64,000 nt of DNA. Source: the human T2T-CHM13v2.0 reference genome, Homo sapiens. The notes under the pieces are model-generated. The model was not told the origin of the DNA and did not search any database. It saw only the letters and a list, made by a program, of their open reading frames with translations. The stretch is taken from contig CP068257.2 of NCBI GenBank assembly GCA_009914755.4, forward strand, positions 28,736,001 through 28,800,000, read 5' to 3'. Position numbers and translations under genes: made by a program. Below, piece by piece: positions 13,162 through 28,321 of this stretch. How positions within the stretch are numbered: the stretch's first letter is position 1; each line of letters opens with the position of its first letter.

Positions 13162-16100
13162 AAGAAAGAGAAATATTTATTTTAAGGAATTTGTTCATGC
13201 AACTGTGGGGGCTGACAACCCTAAAATCTGCAAATTAGGCCAGCAGGCTAGAGATTCAGGTAAGAGTTAGTAAGAGTTGATGACGCAGTCTTGAGTCTGA
13301 ATTCACAGTGCTGTAAGCGGGAAACTCAGGCAGTTTCTATGTTGCAGTCTTGAGAATCCCTTCTTTCTCAGGAAACCTCAGTCTTTATTCTTAGGGCCTT
13401 CAACAAATATGAGGAGGTATACCCCTATTATTTATGAAGGGCTATCTGCTTTCCTCAAAGTTTACTATTTTAAATGTTAGTCATATGTAAAAAATGCCTT
13501 TACAACAACATCTACACTGGCATTTGACAAACTACTGGCTACCATAGCCTTGCCAAGCTGACACGCTAAAGGTAACTATTGTGAGTGGTTATTCATTAAG
13601 GCTTTAATCAGTGTCATCAAATCAGGCATTAAAGTATTAGCAAACAGTTATTTCATCAGAAAGATGATTATTTGTCATTCTAGTATTTACTCTTTTTGCT
13701 GATTTATCATGTCTTCATTTTGTTTCAATAATGTTAATAATGTAGAACTTGTACATTAAAATATGTAGATATTTTAATATCATTCATCCAAGATTAAGCT
13801 ATATTTAAAATCACAAGCTTTAATATATCGACAGCACTAAAAAGGGACAAAAATAAGAAACTCTTAATTCATGTCTTTGAAAAGGTAAAACACCATCTGA
13901 GAAAGACATTAGTCTTATTTATATGGATTAGAAAAAAATATTAGAAAATATATACAAAACAGTGCTATTAAATGTAAGCTAAGTCACGAAATACTCTATA
14001 CCTCATCATAGTGGTGAGGCTCTGTCTAAATTCATTTACCAAAAAGTGCAAATTGGTTTTCTATAATTTTGATATATTTACTATAATAGTTTTGAGAACT
14101 CTTTACTTTGGAACATGTGGCTATAATCCATGTTATAGAAAACCACATTTGTTAAGATGTATTTGTTCACTTAAAGCTTTTGTGAATGGTGCTATAGTAT
14201 ATGAATTTAATTCACTGTACTTGTGAACATTAATATCTTGACTATGATGACACTGAACTAACAAAAGTTAACTCATTCTAGTGGTGTGAAACTCCAGAGG
14301 TTCTTTAGAGCTAGAAACATACCTAAAAGCATTCCTAGTTCTTTTTTTAAAAAAAAATCATGTAAAATGGATTAGAGGGCCTAATGCTTAATTTAGGAAC
14401 ACAATGAGGAATCTCAATTATAAAAAATAATAGTAGATAACATTTAAAAACATTTTATGCGCATTTAAAGCATTTAGCCAGGCATTGTGCTAAGCATTAT
14501 TCATGGCACATAAGTTATAGTATTTAACTCATAGTAAATCTGTAATAATTTGTATATCCTTCTTACAGATGAGCTACAATAGCAGAAATGATGTAGTGTG
14601 ATAGTTTTACTTGAGTCTCTACTCTTAACCTTTGCATGTACTGCCTCAGTAATACAAAAGATGGGAGACGATGGTTGGGTGGATGGAGAATGAAGGATTG
14701 AAGGCAGCAGGGTAAAGAATAAAGAAATATTAGATGAGCAAAGTGGGAAATACTAAAATATTTCGGGGTTAAATCATGTTTAAGATCTGTTTTGGCTCCA
14801 GTTTTTCAATTATGGTGAAAATAAATTTTAATTATATTGATATCTAAGCATGATTTATCCAATACCTGAGATCTACTACAGCTTTATGCCACCACCCTAG
14901 ACTTCAAGGATACAAAAAATATTCTATGTCCCCTTAAGGAAATGACAAAAACACTTCCACCCTGATATCTTAACCTTTTAGTATCTCAATTCAACTGAAC
15001 TCCAAAGAGCTGAACTTGAAAATCCACCTCAAAACATGCTTCCTCCCATGAAGCTTTTTCTACCTTTTCTCTAACAAATCCCACTGGTTCAAATATATTT
15101 GTCAATTTCATCACACATTCCTGAAAGTTGACCCTTCATATTATTTCATGTTAATTTCTAGTTTGGATGCCATAGGAAGGTAGACATGAAAATAAAAACT
15201 CTAAAAAGACAAGACCAGGACTATGAAAAATCAGAAAGTAAGCTCATAGAGGAGAAATCACAGACATGACACTAAGAAGTTGAGGAAGTTTAGTCCAAGA
15301 AAGCTTCCTGGATACAGAGAGATCAAAACAAAGGGATATAGAGCAACGTGGCAGCTAGATGGAAGGGTTGGAAAGTAGCAGAACCAACATGTGTCCAAAG
15401 GCCCTAGCAGGAATTGTACATATGTAGCCTCATTTAAGTCTCCAAAGAAATATGTGTTATTACCATTCACATTTTCTAGATGTTGAAACAGAGACCAACA
15501 AATCTTAATAACATAAGGTCACCTCTCATAAATGATAGAATTATGCTCAAGTTTAGGTTTGTCTTACTGCAGATTTCATTCATTTCATTCATTCACTTAT
15601 TCTATTTATTTCATTTACTCTTCTAAGTATGAGATTTTTAAACAGAATAGGTATTATTCATTTCGATCAGATGAGTTGATATATAAATGCATAAATAAAG
15701 GAAAAAATGAAGTTTATGAGTTCACAGCAGTCTAAGTTATTAATATAAAATCCTCTCTCAAATTATCCTAAATTCTGACTCTTCTAGGAGCCTGAAATAT
15801 ATTTCAAGATGGCAAGAACTGTATTCTAACTTTAGGTTGAATTTGGATTCTGCTTATTTGAGATAACACTTAGGTCTCAAGTAGAACAGCTAGCACAGAA
15901 GAAAGAACTTTTCTCAACACATTTCTTAAGTTATACTCTTTGATTTATCACACAAGGGATGGGGAAAAGCTAATCACTATTCAGACTTAAAAAATATATT
16001 TTTGTGGCTCCACGTTTGGATAGAGACCAAGAGAAGAAAATAAATTAAGTAGGAGAGCTAATTAAGAATGTAGCTATTGCAGTGATTTCAATATCTGGGC

Positions 16101-16934
16101 ACTTGCCTTTAATAGTCTCCAGAAGTGCTATACCTTACAGTTAAATGGCCTTCCCAAGCAGGACCAGTGGATTTTCATGCCAGAGGAAACTTACTAGAAG
16201 CATACAAGACACACAAAAATAAGTGAAAACAAAAACCCAATTTCTATGTTAACTTAAGAGGATGATTTTAAAGTAGTTGGAATATTTCTGTTTTGGGGAG
16301 ACACATTGGAAAAGAGAGGATCTAGAAAATATGAAACATAAACTGTATTCTAAGAAAGGAAGAGGCAGAGAGAGGAAAGAGGAGAGGAAGGGAGAAAATG
16401 AAAGGGGGAGAAGAGAGATAATTTCAGGAGTAACAACTTGCAGATTTCTAGCTGTAGCATAGGTCACTACTATATTAAAAAGCTTCAGCTAAGTTCTTGA
16501 AGATGGCTTTTGAAGACCTCATTTTTGGAAATGAATAGGCAGTTCATGAGTTAGAAAATCTAGAATCTCTTTAGTAATAAAGTTATGAAAAAATTTATGA
16601 GATTCTAGAAAGGCAACATGCTGCTCTTTAGACCTGTGTCCACAAATTGATTGGGAATAAGGTGAACTGACTTCTCCTGGAGGAGCAATTATGAGTGTGA
16701 CAGAAACCCAGCCCATAATCTGGGTCAAGGGAGGTCCCTCATCCACAGAGGCTGAAAACTGCAGAGTCCACAGCCCCATGCTCAAAGCCCTGTCCTCTGG
16801 ACAGGCTGATGAAAGGGTGTCCATAAGAGGGCACAGGATGGCTGCTAGGTTCTTTGCTGGCCAGGAGAAACATGGTAGACATTGGGTGAAGGAGGTCCCT
16901 GTGGCCACTCAATACCTGGGATGGGAGGAACTCA

Positions 16935-17395
16935 CTTTGACAGATGGCGGGTATATTAGTCTGCTTGGGCTGCCATTACAAAGTACCACAAATTGAGTGA
17001 CTTAGTAGGAATGTGTTGTCTTACAGTCCTGGAGGCTGGAAGGCTGAGATGAAGGTATTGGCAGGTGAGTCCTTCTGAGGGGTGTGAGGAAAGCATCTGT
17101 TCTAGGCCTCTTTCTAGGATACTTCTCCCCAGATGGCCATCTCCCTAAATGGTCCTGAATGGTTTTCTCCCTGTGTCTCTTCACGTTATCTTCCCTCTGT
17201 GTGGGACTGTCTCTGTGTCTGTATTTCCCCTTTTTATGTGGACACTAGTCATACGAATGAAATGGGCCCACTTTCACTTGCCTGTCTCTATAAAGGCTCT
17301 ATCACCAAATAAGGTTATGTTCTGAGGTGCAGGGGGTTAGCACTTTAAAATACAAATCTCATGGGAGGACAAAATTCAACTCATATAACAGGAGA
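16935..17395 (-). mobile_element. MLT1-type MaLR solo LTR (reverse orientation)
   Basis: It begins 'tatattagtctgcttgggctgccattacaaagtaccacaaattgagtgacttag...cttacagtcctggaggctggaaggctgagat', which matches the reverse complement of the MLT1 LTR consensus as I remember it. Confidence 0.5.
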
Positions 17396-19731
17396 CAGGC
17401 CATCGCTAAAAGTTAAAAAAAAAATGCATACTATAGAATTTCAATTAGATATTGTTTCCTGACTGCAGTTTTCCTTGTATTTAATAAGGAATTCTAACAA
17501 ATTTTCTCCCAAGGAATGTTATATACCCTTGACCACTGGTATCGGGAGAAAACATCCTGGTATTCAGAGAGTACTTTGCAGTTTCATTAATTAGTTGTCT
17601 AATTAAAATAACATTGATTTGCCTCTGCAGATATGGCTGAATGTGTTTTATTCATGTACTTAAGAGAAACAGATCATTCATTTCTTATTTTAAGGATGAA
17701 GGTGGCTATTTCCATGGCCAACAATCACCATGCAACCTGGCAGGGCCCCCTGCCACCTCCCATTTCCTGCCATCTCATGGTGACCAGATGCCATGCCCTT
17801 TATGTCTGTTTTCTAAGGAATCAGACAGCAAAATCTCATAGTTCATCAAATGATAATCATATATTTTCTGTTGTCAACAAGTAAAAGTAATAAAGTTCAT
17901 GCTAAAAATACCTGTATTCATCTTTTTAATAAACATTACTGAAAGTCCATTGCCAGTCAATAATTGAGGAATAGACATTGTTCCTATCTTCCAGGTTCTT
18001 CCGGTCTGGTAAATTAAGATGGGGTATCGTACAAAGCTAGGGTGTCCTAAGGTAACAACAGACTAATAGCTCTGGAGGCCAGATATGTATGTATGGTTAT
18101 TAAAAAGTTTTATTAGGGCCATTGTTGCAAGTCATCTTGGAATTGTTTGCCATTTGAGAACATTCAATTAAAAAGGCATTATAATGCTGAGATTTTAAAA
18201 TGTAAATTAGAATCTGGAAAGTTTTCAATGATTTCTAGTCTAAAATTAAATAAAGCACCAAAAAAACGAATTAAATTTAGAACATTTTAAGAGAAATGAA
18301 TAAAAATACTCAACTACTTTTGGAAACAAACGTAGAGGAGAGTCAACTTTATTCAACCAATAAATAGAAAAGCAATGCTATTTAATTGATGGAACAAAAA
18401 AAAAACACTTCCTCAGTTTGAAATTATTCCCAGTTTAGAAGCCAAACCAAGAAAAGGAGTGCTTAAAATAAGTATAAAGAAAGGAAAAACATACAGAACA
18501 GAACAGAGATAAAGCAAAAAAAAAAAAAAAAAGATTAAAAAAAAGACAAATTAGAGAAGAAGGGTAAATGAAGAAGAAACACACCATAGGGACATGAAAC
18601 TAAATCGTAAAGTTAGGAGGTTGTTGATCACTGATTTATGAAAAGCTGACTGGTTCCATGAAGATTTAAAATAGTGCTCTCAATATTGTGTTGCAGGTGC
18701 TATGGTTTTATTTTGAAATAAGTATAGTGTTTGAAATTCCAAATTTCTCATTTAATCCTGAACATTTTGCTATTATGCCAAAGAATGACTTGAAGCACAA
18801 AAACGTATTTAAAACTATTTCCAGCAGTGGTTCTCAAATCTGATACCTCAGCATCACCTGGCAAGGGTTTGCTTTGTTATTTCAGCAGAGATTTACTAAC
18901 CAGCTGGCAGTACTCTGGATATTTATGTTTCAGTATCTCTATTTATCTATTTATATGATCCCAGTTCATTCTCACAATCACACAATGAGCAAAGCGAGGC
19001 AGTGCTGAAAAGGGCAGCATCAGAGTTTGCCCGCAAAGTGTTCTGACAGCAAAATGCATGCTGAGCTTCTACATTTCATTGTCCCACAATTGCAATGGCA
19101 GGCCCCCACCCTAGAACTACCCTCTGGGCTGGTGGGATTCTGACATCTACATTTTGAACAGCATTTCTTAAAATCATCAAGGTTGAAGATTCTAAGTGGT
19201 CAAATACACTGCATTCCACAATGACCTGAGATTACCTTCTTTGTCCCTTGATTTAAATCCCAAGTCTTTAAAAATAAATCAAATCCTGGAATGAGGGTAG
19301 GTGAAAAAGTTAATATCAAGGAAAATAATGAAAAAGAAAGAAGGAACTCTGTGTATAACACTTCTCCAGGAATAAGTAGTCTCAACTACATCCTAAAGCT
19401 CTTTAACCACCTTCATGAAAGCCTCAATCCACTTGGAATGGGACAGAAATTGCAAAGGAATACTCTCTGGGCACCAGCAATATTGCCACAACCAAATCTT
19501 AACATCATAGGATTTCAGCACTGAAATGGAAAGTGAACAAAGAAAGGTAAGCAGTTTACAGTACTAGTAAGGAAGAAAAGCAAAAGGTTTTTCAAACATT
19601 GGGGCTCTCTCCAGTTGTTACCAAGAGATACTGGGATATTTTACCTCTACCATGTCTGTGCCTCTAATCATCCACCCACCACAGAGCTCAGCCAACCAAG
19701 AAGGGCTAAGGGTCCTGTCTAGGACTCTTCA

Positions 19732-20115
<384 letters not shown>

Positions 20116-20429
20116 CTACTTCTAGCGCTCTGAAAATACAGAAACACCTTGCAATAAACTCCCCGTTTTGCTTCCTTTTTTCCTACTCTCCTATCCACAT
20201 CTTCCTTGTCCATATCTGTTTGTTTGTTTGTTTTCCCTTCAGGAATAAAGGGAGTTCATGAACAGAAATCTCACCCAATCCTATGATACCTTCCAGAGGT
20301 TAGATGAAGAAATGCTGAGTAAATATGGAGTTCCCTTCTGTATGCTGTTTTGTCATTTCTTCGATCTCCAGCAAAGACTTTAAACAGAAGGAAAGGAGGG
20401 AGACAGTGGTGACATCCAAAATAAGGTTG

Positions 20430-21150
20430 AGGCCAGACTTCTTCAAAGTGATATGGGAAGGGGGCAGGGAAGTGCTGGGTAGGGCCTGTGCCCTCAGACC
20501 AAAGTGAGGACAGGCACTCCTGTTTTCATGCCCAAATGTTGCATTTTCCAAGACCACCCTGGCTCACAATGTCCCCATCCTCTGCCTATAAAAACCCCGA
20601 GAACCTAGTGGGCAAATACACAGGCGGCTGGACGTCAAGCGGAACACACCAGCAGAACACACTGACAAATGCTGGCAGGCCATCAGCTGTGGAACACCAA
20701 GGGAAATTTGGCTGAGGGTTGTCAGAGGAGAGCCAAGCCTCTGAGCCACCCGACTCCAGGGCAAAACCACCTTCCCACTCCATCCCCCTTCTAGCTCCCC
20801 ACCCATCTGTTGAGAGCTGCTTACACCATTCAATAAAACCTTGCACTAATCCTCCAAGCCCACATGTGATCTGATTTTTCTGGTACACTAGGACAAGAAC
20901 CCTAAGATACAGAAAGTCTTTTGTCCTTGTGATAAGGCAGAGGGTCTAATTGAGCTGATTAACACAAGCCAGCTGCAGATAGCTAAGCTGAAAGAGTTGA
21001 CTATAACATATGCCCACTGGGGCTTTGGGAGCTGTAAACACTCAACCCTAGATGCTGCCATGGGGTCCAAGCCCACACTCCCCATGACCTGCTGGTCTGC
21101 ATGCTCCCTGCTAGGGGTTTGAGCTGTGGGGCACAGAAGAAGCGAGCCAC
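20430..21150 (+). mobile_element. possible ERV solo LTR (family not identified)
   Basis: It has 'ctgcctataaaaaccccgag', then 'ccattcaataaaaccttgcactaatcctccaagcccacatgtgatctgatttttctggtacactaggacaagaaccc'. This looks like a TATA-then-poly(A) U3/R/U5 architecture typical of class I LTRs. Boundaries were not determined. Confidence 0.3.
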
Positions 21151-24055
21151 ACCCTATTACATGCCCTGCGAGGGGCATAAAGGAACTTTCCTCATTTCAA
21201 AAATGGCAGAGAAGGAAGGGTGCTCACACACATGTCTTCTAGCATGTTCTCTTTTCCCCTTATCTCGCTTTTTTCCACTAGGCTAGGATTTGATTCCAGC
21301 TAGATAAAGGCCAGCCCATGGTTTGTATCTGATCCACTGTTGAGGCTTCCTACTTCTGAGTGAAAAAGCTTCCAAATCTATTAATAGATATAGCCAACTT
21401 TCACTCAGCTGCCAAATCAAAGAATGAACAAAGGCAAAATAGTTACCATTTAGATAGGCTTCTGAGACGCTTGATTTCATATAAGACATCTGCATGCCTA
21501 ACTTCCCTTTTCATTCTATCAACGTCTATCTATGGAGTGCCTACTATATGCTAGGGACTGTTTCTGTGCTACAGGCATATTCATCATGCCATTCATTTGA
21601 TTTCTAACTGAAGGCCCTTTTTCTTCTGCCTCCCAATTTCAGCTGTCATCACCTGTCAAAATCACTATTTGCTCTGGTATTTATGGTGAAAGGAGTCATT
21701 ACTAGTCATCATGAGACCATCTGTACAATGTCACTGGGTAGTGACATGGCCTCTGTTCAGACTCTAAGATGTTCCATCTTGCAGGATGGATATTAATGCC
21801 ACTAAATCCATCTTCAGCATTCTTGAATGAGAGCATTTGCAATAGCTATTACATCTTTGCAATAGCATGAAGACAGAAGACAGCATATTATTATCAAAGA
21901 CTGCACATTACAATCAAATTATAATACTACAAGCAGAAAATAGATTACCTTTCCTCTATTTTTAATGTACTTTATAAACTTGGACAGACAAGCCGTGTCC
22001 AGAGGGGGTTATGGTGGTCAGGCATGTAGCATGATTTCACAGGGCTATGAGGATCTCCTGTGGGCTCCTGGCTAGATGTTAACCTTTTAATTTAAGGGAG
22101 TAACTTCCAAAAATGGTGGTACATGAGAACCACGAATGAGGCAGCCTTAGGAGGAATTTAATCATCTGTTTTTTTATTTAAGTAATTAATTATTTTTTGG
22201 TTTATTTGTATGTCCTAAAATGACCCATTGTTCATTCTGTTGCATATTCAGAAGTTAGACAACACTGATTTAAGCATTTGCCCAGCATATAAAAACCAAC
22301 TCAAATTCTGCTGGCTTATAAAGTATTTGAAGTCAGAGGAGATCATTTCAAGCCACTACATGATGTAGGCAGCTCATAAATATAAGTGAGGTGGTTCAGT
22401 GGATTTGTGATTTGTTTGATGATTGATGCTTCATATTCTAATCCATCATCACAGACATGATGTATTTTCTTATTAAACATGAAAGAATATTTGTCAAGTG
22501 CACGAGAATATAGTTTTCAGAAATTTTCTTGAAACCCAAAGCTTCTTAATTCATCTCACATTCTCTCACTTATGATAGAGACATTAACCAACACAACAAA
22601 ATAATAGTGCAGGCTTGATGCGTAGTCACAACTGAAATTTGGCTGTAGAGCTGGGAGACAAGAGGGGTGGTTAGAGTTGTGGGGATGATAAGAAGCATGT
22701 CCCACATCCGTGGAGCAACTCTTCTTCAGTTCCAGCCAACTGTGAGTGAGAAAACCCAGGATCACCAGACTTTCAGAATTTTTAAAAAAGAAATCACAAA
22801 TCCAAATTTTTGTGAATTTTTGATTGTTGAATATTAGCAACTAATTTATAGTTGAATAAAATGCCCGGGGGGGCCTGCACTTGTGAGATGAATGAACCTA
22901 TGTGGGCTGGATTTGACAGAGGACCTGTGAGTTTATGGTCTATTATTTCAACTGGTACCATTCACCAGCCCATTAGTGCAGGGAAGGCAGGATATGCATG
23001 GGGAGGAGAAGGGCACTATTGCAAAGCGGGGAGGGAAGTCATAAGGGTAAGCCCTGATAAACACATTTGCTGACTTTGTTAATTTGATTATTTCCAGTTA
23101 ACAAAAAGTTACCCTTAGTTGTGATAGGATGGTTATCTTCAAAAAGTTCCTTGGAAAATGAGGATTTGAGAAAGAAATGGTCTTCACAGCATCTTGTGGG
23201 CTAGGACTTTTCTCGCAGCTGCCAAGAGCCTATAGACAGAAATTTAGATATTTAGAAGATCACAAGATAAAGTTGTTAAAAGTAGCTGTTTGATGTGGAG
23301 GAAGCTTCTTTGTCATTTTTTTTTTTTTTTACTTATGCAAGTTTTATCTAGTGAGTTCTAAAGAAAATTCCAATTAAACATACATTTACATTAAGAAAAA
23401 GTTGATACTTTCAGTATCTGTTGTATAATTACCTTTTTATTAAATAGATTTGCAATTCCATGACATTAGCCATGGCTTTATACTTCTTGAGCCCCTGACA
23501 TCACATATTTGGACTTTGGCATATATTCTGTCAGGGAATTTGTCTTGAATTTTTAGAAAACATATATCCAAAGAACATAATAAAGCTATCAGACATTTTC
23601 TTATTTTGTTTTCTGTTTTGATTTGGGATTAAACAGCAGCAAAGACAAGAAAAACACCAACAACACATACAGCAAAGTAATTACTAAAAGTGAGGCTGGA
23701 GCTCCAGAGAGACACATTGTCCTGACAGGTGTCCGAGGGAGACCTGGTGTTCCATGTAAGTCCCTGATGTCTTAGAGAGACTGTCATGAGCACATGCTCA
23801 GACATCTTGGGCAGGGCATGTTAGGCAGAGGCAGAGACAGATGTAACCTAATGAAGGGTAAGCTTGAGGGTACTTCTCTTGCCTGACATTTTCCAAAGCT
23901 CTGTTATCACTCCTGGGGAGACTGGGAGGAACCCGCTGCTCCAGCTATGCTGCTGTGGCCTAGGAGTCCCTCGTGGCATCCTCAGGCTGTGGGTGTATCC
24001 GGAGAGCTGCCTGCACTACTTCTAATATATCTAGTCCCCAGGGTCAACCTTATAA

Positions 24056-24379
<324 letters not shown>

Positions 24380-25873
24380 ATAGTTTTCCTTTTAAGAAGA
24401 AGGATTGGAACGAGGATACTGCTCTGCCACAAACTAGAAGACCCCTACAACCCTGGATCCACAGCTGTTTGCAGCCGATCCTCATGCAAATTGCCAACAG
24501 ATACAGGTGGGAGGTGAACCAGGGACATCTGGACAAGAGGTGCACAATCTCAGGCTTGAAGCACTGCTGAAATGAAATGACAGAGGGTGTTACAGCTGTG
24601 GCGTTGCTCACAACAAATGGCAATGTTAAAAAAAAAAACTTTTCTGTGTCATAAAAAATAATTCAAGTATTTTTGATGTACTATTTCTAAAAGAAACACC
24701 AAGTTTTACTTCCATTTGTTCTACAGAAAATCATGTGGACAAAACCATTGTCATGTGTAGAGATGATCAAAGACCGACTATGCAACCAAAAAATGTAGAA
24801 AAAGATTATAGATGAGGATGATGATAAAGGTATATTATTGTCTTGATTTTGTGACATCTTGGGTTTTGTTAACTATGGAAGTTTTTATTCTAAGTTAATA
24901 TCCATGTTTATATCTATTATTATATTCCTAATATTGTGTTTTTAATGAGGATCTCCAAATTATACTTTTCAACACCACAAAACCTAAATCCACCTCTTTA
25001 AAGAGGGCTGGGACAGAGTCACGAAAAACATAGAAGCTGGTGTTACCCCGCAAATGCTCAGAAGGCAGTCAACATTTTGAGGTGGGGGTTTAGAGGTGTT
25101 GTAGACAGGTAGGCTCCAGAACACTTACAAATATGAATGCATCATACAAAAGTCATCAAATAAGTTTATTTGAAAGCATTTTGATTTGCTTTTAGGATGG
25201 AGTCCTGAGCATCCTTCTGCTATTGTGACTACTCTGACTTGTTTCCTACCTCATCTCAGCAGTGTCTTCTACTTTCCTTTTTTTCACATGGGTCCTTATT
25301 GTTGTATTTGTATTTATTTATTTTTTGCTTTTGTTTTGATTTCTTTTTTCTAAATACTAATTTTTTAAAAAAATTTGTTCAAGATGATATCTATGTCTAG
25401 TTATCTCTCAATTCCTTTGGCTTACTTTTATATAGGCCCTCGAGACTGGACTTACAAGCACTGATTATAGTAAATAACAGATGGCAAACTATTTTGGAGA
25501 GTGTGAACAATAAGATTTCTGCCTCTAGGCCACTGACAAAAAAAGATGAATACATTGCTATCCCCACCCAAGACAGAAAGAATTTCCCAGCCAAAACAGG
25601 AGCAGATGTATAAATCATGGGCAGAGAAAATAAGAGGGGTTTTCCTGGACATAATGGAGTAGGGACTAATCACATACTGTCATAGCATTTGTAACATAAA
25701 TGCATTTCATTGACGCAGAGCTGTAAAAACAAAAGGAGTTCTTCCATAAATATAAGATGAAGGGTGTTAGTTAACTGCAATGACAAAGAAGATTACTAAG
25801 TTGCTTATATGAAATGTGGGAGCTTAAATGTGTGAAGGATGACCCTGTAAGGTGCCACACCCACGGCTGAACG

Positions 25874-25882
25874 TATATAAAT
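25874..25882 (+). promoter_or_regulatory. TATA box of KRTAP13-1 (TATATAAAT), preceded by a CCACACC box
   Basis: 'gccacacccacggctgaacgtatataaatgg' ends about 76 nt upstream of ATG 25958. The same CACACC-N-TATAAAT architecture is seen at the other three genes. Confidence 0.65.
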
Positions 25883-25957
25883 GGTCCTGTCCAGATGTGG
25901 CATGCAAACTCAGAATCTTCTCAGTGTAACTCAGCTGAACTCACATCTCCCATCAAC

Positions 25958-26476
25958 ATGTCCTACAACTGCTGCTCTGGAAACTTCTCCTCCCGCTCCT
26001 GTGGTGGCTACCTGCACTACCCAGCCTCCTCCTGTGGCTTTTCCTACCCCAGCAACCAGGTCTACAGCACTGACCTCTGCTCTCCCAGCACGTGCCAGCT
26101 GGGTTCCTCTCTCTATAGGGGCTGTCAGCAGACCTGCTGGGAGCCCACCAGCTGCCAGACATCCTATGTGGAGTCCAGCCCCTGCCAGACCTCCTGCTAC
26201 CGTCCCAGAACCTCCTTGCTCTGCAGTCCCTGCCAGACAACTTACTCTGGGTCTCTAGGCTTTGGATCCAGCAGCTGCCGCTCCCTGGGCTATGGATCGA
26301 GGAGCTGCTACTCAGTGGGCTGTGGGTCCAGTGGCTTCAGATCCCTGGGTTATGGAGGCTGTGGCTTCCCTTCCCTGGGCTATGGCGTTGGATTCTGCCG
26401 CCCAACCTACTTGGCTTCTAGGAGCTGCCAGTCTTCTTGCTACAGACCAACTTGTGGATCAGGCTTCTACTATTGA
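25958..26476 (+). CDS. KRTAP13-1: keratin-associated protein 13-1, intronless, 172 aa
   Basis: It lies in ORF-track ORF 25895..26476(+). The start is set at MSYNCCSGNF (ATG 25958-25960), because the ATG at 25895 is only about 14 nt past the TATA box (25874-25882) and is probably upstream of the TSS. It is about 92% identical at protein level to the 1556..2083 gene. The C-terminus ...CGSGFYY and 172-aa length match my recollection of KRTAP13-1. Confidence 0.85.
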   Translation: MSYNCCSGNFSSRSCGGYLHYPASSCGFSYPSNQVYSTDLCSPSTCQLGSSLYRGCQQTCWEPTSCQTSYVESSPCQTSCYRPRTSLLCSPCQTTYSGSLGFGSSSCRSLGYGSRSCYSVGCGSSGFRSLGYGGCGFPSLGYGVGFCRPTYLASRSCQSSCYRPTCGSGFYY

Positions 26477-26667
26477 TCATCTTGTTAAATTGCTGATTTT
26501 GTTGGCTAATGCCTTCAATGCCTCTACTCATAACCTTTATTGTCTTCATCATGTACAGAAAGAATTAGCCTCTTATTCTATAATTATCAAGTTCTCAGTT
26601 TGTCTTTGTCCCCAAATACTGGCTGGCAGGCTTCATCTGAAAAACTGTAATTGGAGAACTAGCTCAA

Positions 26668-26673
26668 AATAAA
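26668..26673 (+). terminator. candidate polyadenylation signal AATAAA for KRTAP13-1
   Basis: This is the first AATAAA after stop 26476. A second one lies at about 26757-26762. I cannot say which is used. Confidence 0.4.
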
Positions 26674-27920
26674 TCTTGAAATACACATTAAAAGTAGAAT
26701 TTATATTATTCGATTTTCTTCCACAATTGTATAAAAAGTCAAATCATTTTAATCCAATAAATCCATTGGTCTCATATTCAGCTATGTTTGTGGTGGTTTT
26801 ATATTGCTAGGGTTTTGGTTGTGATGTATTAGGCAATTATTATGAAACAATTGGTGTATATATATAGGAATAGGTTTCAAAATCATATGAAGTTTGCGAT
26901 TCAGACAAACTTTTGGGGGCCTCAGAGATTTTTGTTATTCAAACTACAGGTAGTGGAAGTCTACTAAATTTACAGACTTTTATTCATTAAAATATCAGAA
27001 TCAGGAATTAGCTTGATCCCCTTATAAAATGTGGATTCTTGTGTCTATGCCAACAAGCATAAGGTAGCAAACTAGTTGATAGTTATATCAGGAATCTGCA
27101 GAGAAAAAAATACTATTTAGAACAATATGGTTATAGATATACATAAAAGAAAAATGGAATTGAAGAGAAACAAAAGTGATTTGAAGTAACTTTTGAAGTC
27201 ACCCAATATTTGTTGGTAATCATGATCAAATGCCTGCATCTCATTGATGAGAATTCAATATGATTCAGTTATCTACATATGTGTAATAAGGGATACCATG
27301 AAACTTGAATGGAGGATTGATATTCCACCTTGGTTTGTATTCATGTTTCACACTAAGTAAAGCTGAAGATAATAACCTTTTGATATCATCAGAAGTGATA
27401 ATTTAATTCACATCTGAGCATAAAATTAGGGAAATGTTATTTCTCTTTTTTGTGGTAGCATTCTTTGTTTTCTCAGGCAAAGCAGTTCCAGAAACAGGTG
27501 TGAAGATAAATAGATTTCAATAAGGAACCTAAAGTTGAGAAGAAAAAAAGAGCTCAAACAACGTTCAATAACTATTCCCATGCATTATTCCTTTAGACAA
27601 CAGCTGTTAGAGAAAGAGATCCATTATACATGTAAATGATGTTAAATGTAAAAATATGGAGACACAAAGATGATAAGGAATGTACAGGGAAACTTATTGT
27701 ACGATATCTTGAAGGAGCTGCAAATTTTTGACTTGCAAAGACAGAAATATCGGAGGGGAGAAGTCTGGGAAGATTACACGCAATAAGCAAAGCAGAAGGG
27801 GCTGAAAGTCTTTGTGTATTCAAGGAATTATTGGAAATTTAGCTCAGTTACAATGCAAAGTGATTTAATATGGTGTGGTAATGACAAACATGTTCATTCA
27901 AACTACTAACACAGTCTTGA

Positions 27921-28321
<401 letters not shown>

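Noticed and set aside
16519-16996. ORFs 16519..16908(-) and 16691..16996(+) (129 and 101 aa) next to the MLT1 LTR.
   Set aside because: They overlap each other on opposite strands and have no recognisable domain. They sit in sequence that looks repeat-derived, adjacent to or part of the MLT1/MaLR element. They are most likely chance ORFs.
18826-19280. Possible hAT-Charlie/MER-type DNA transposon beginning 'cagtggttctcaaa'.
   Set aside because: Only the 5' terminal motif is recognisable. I could not find the matching terminal inverted repeat or TSD, so I am not calling it.
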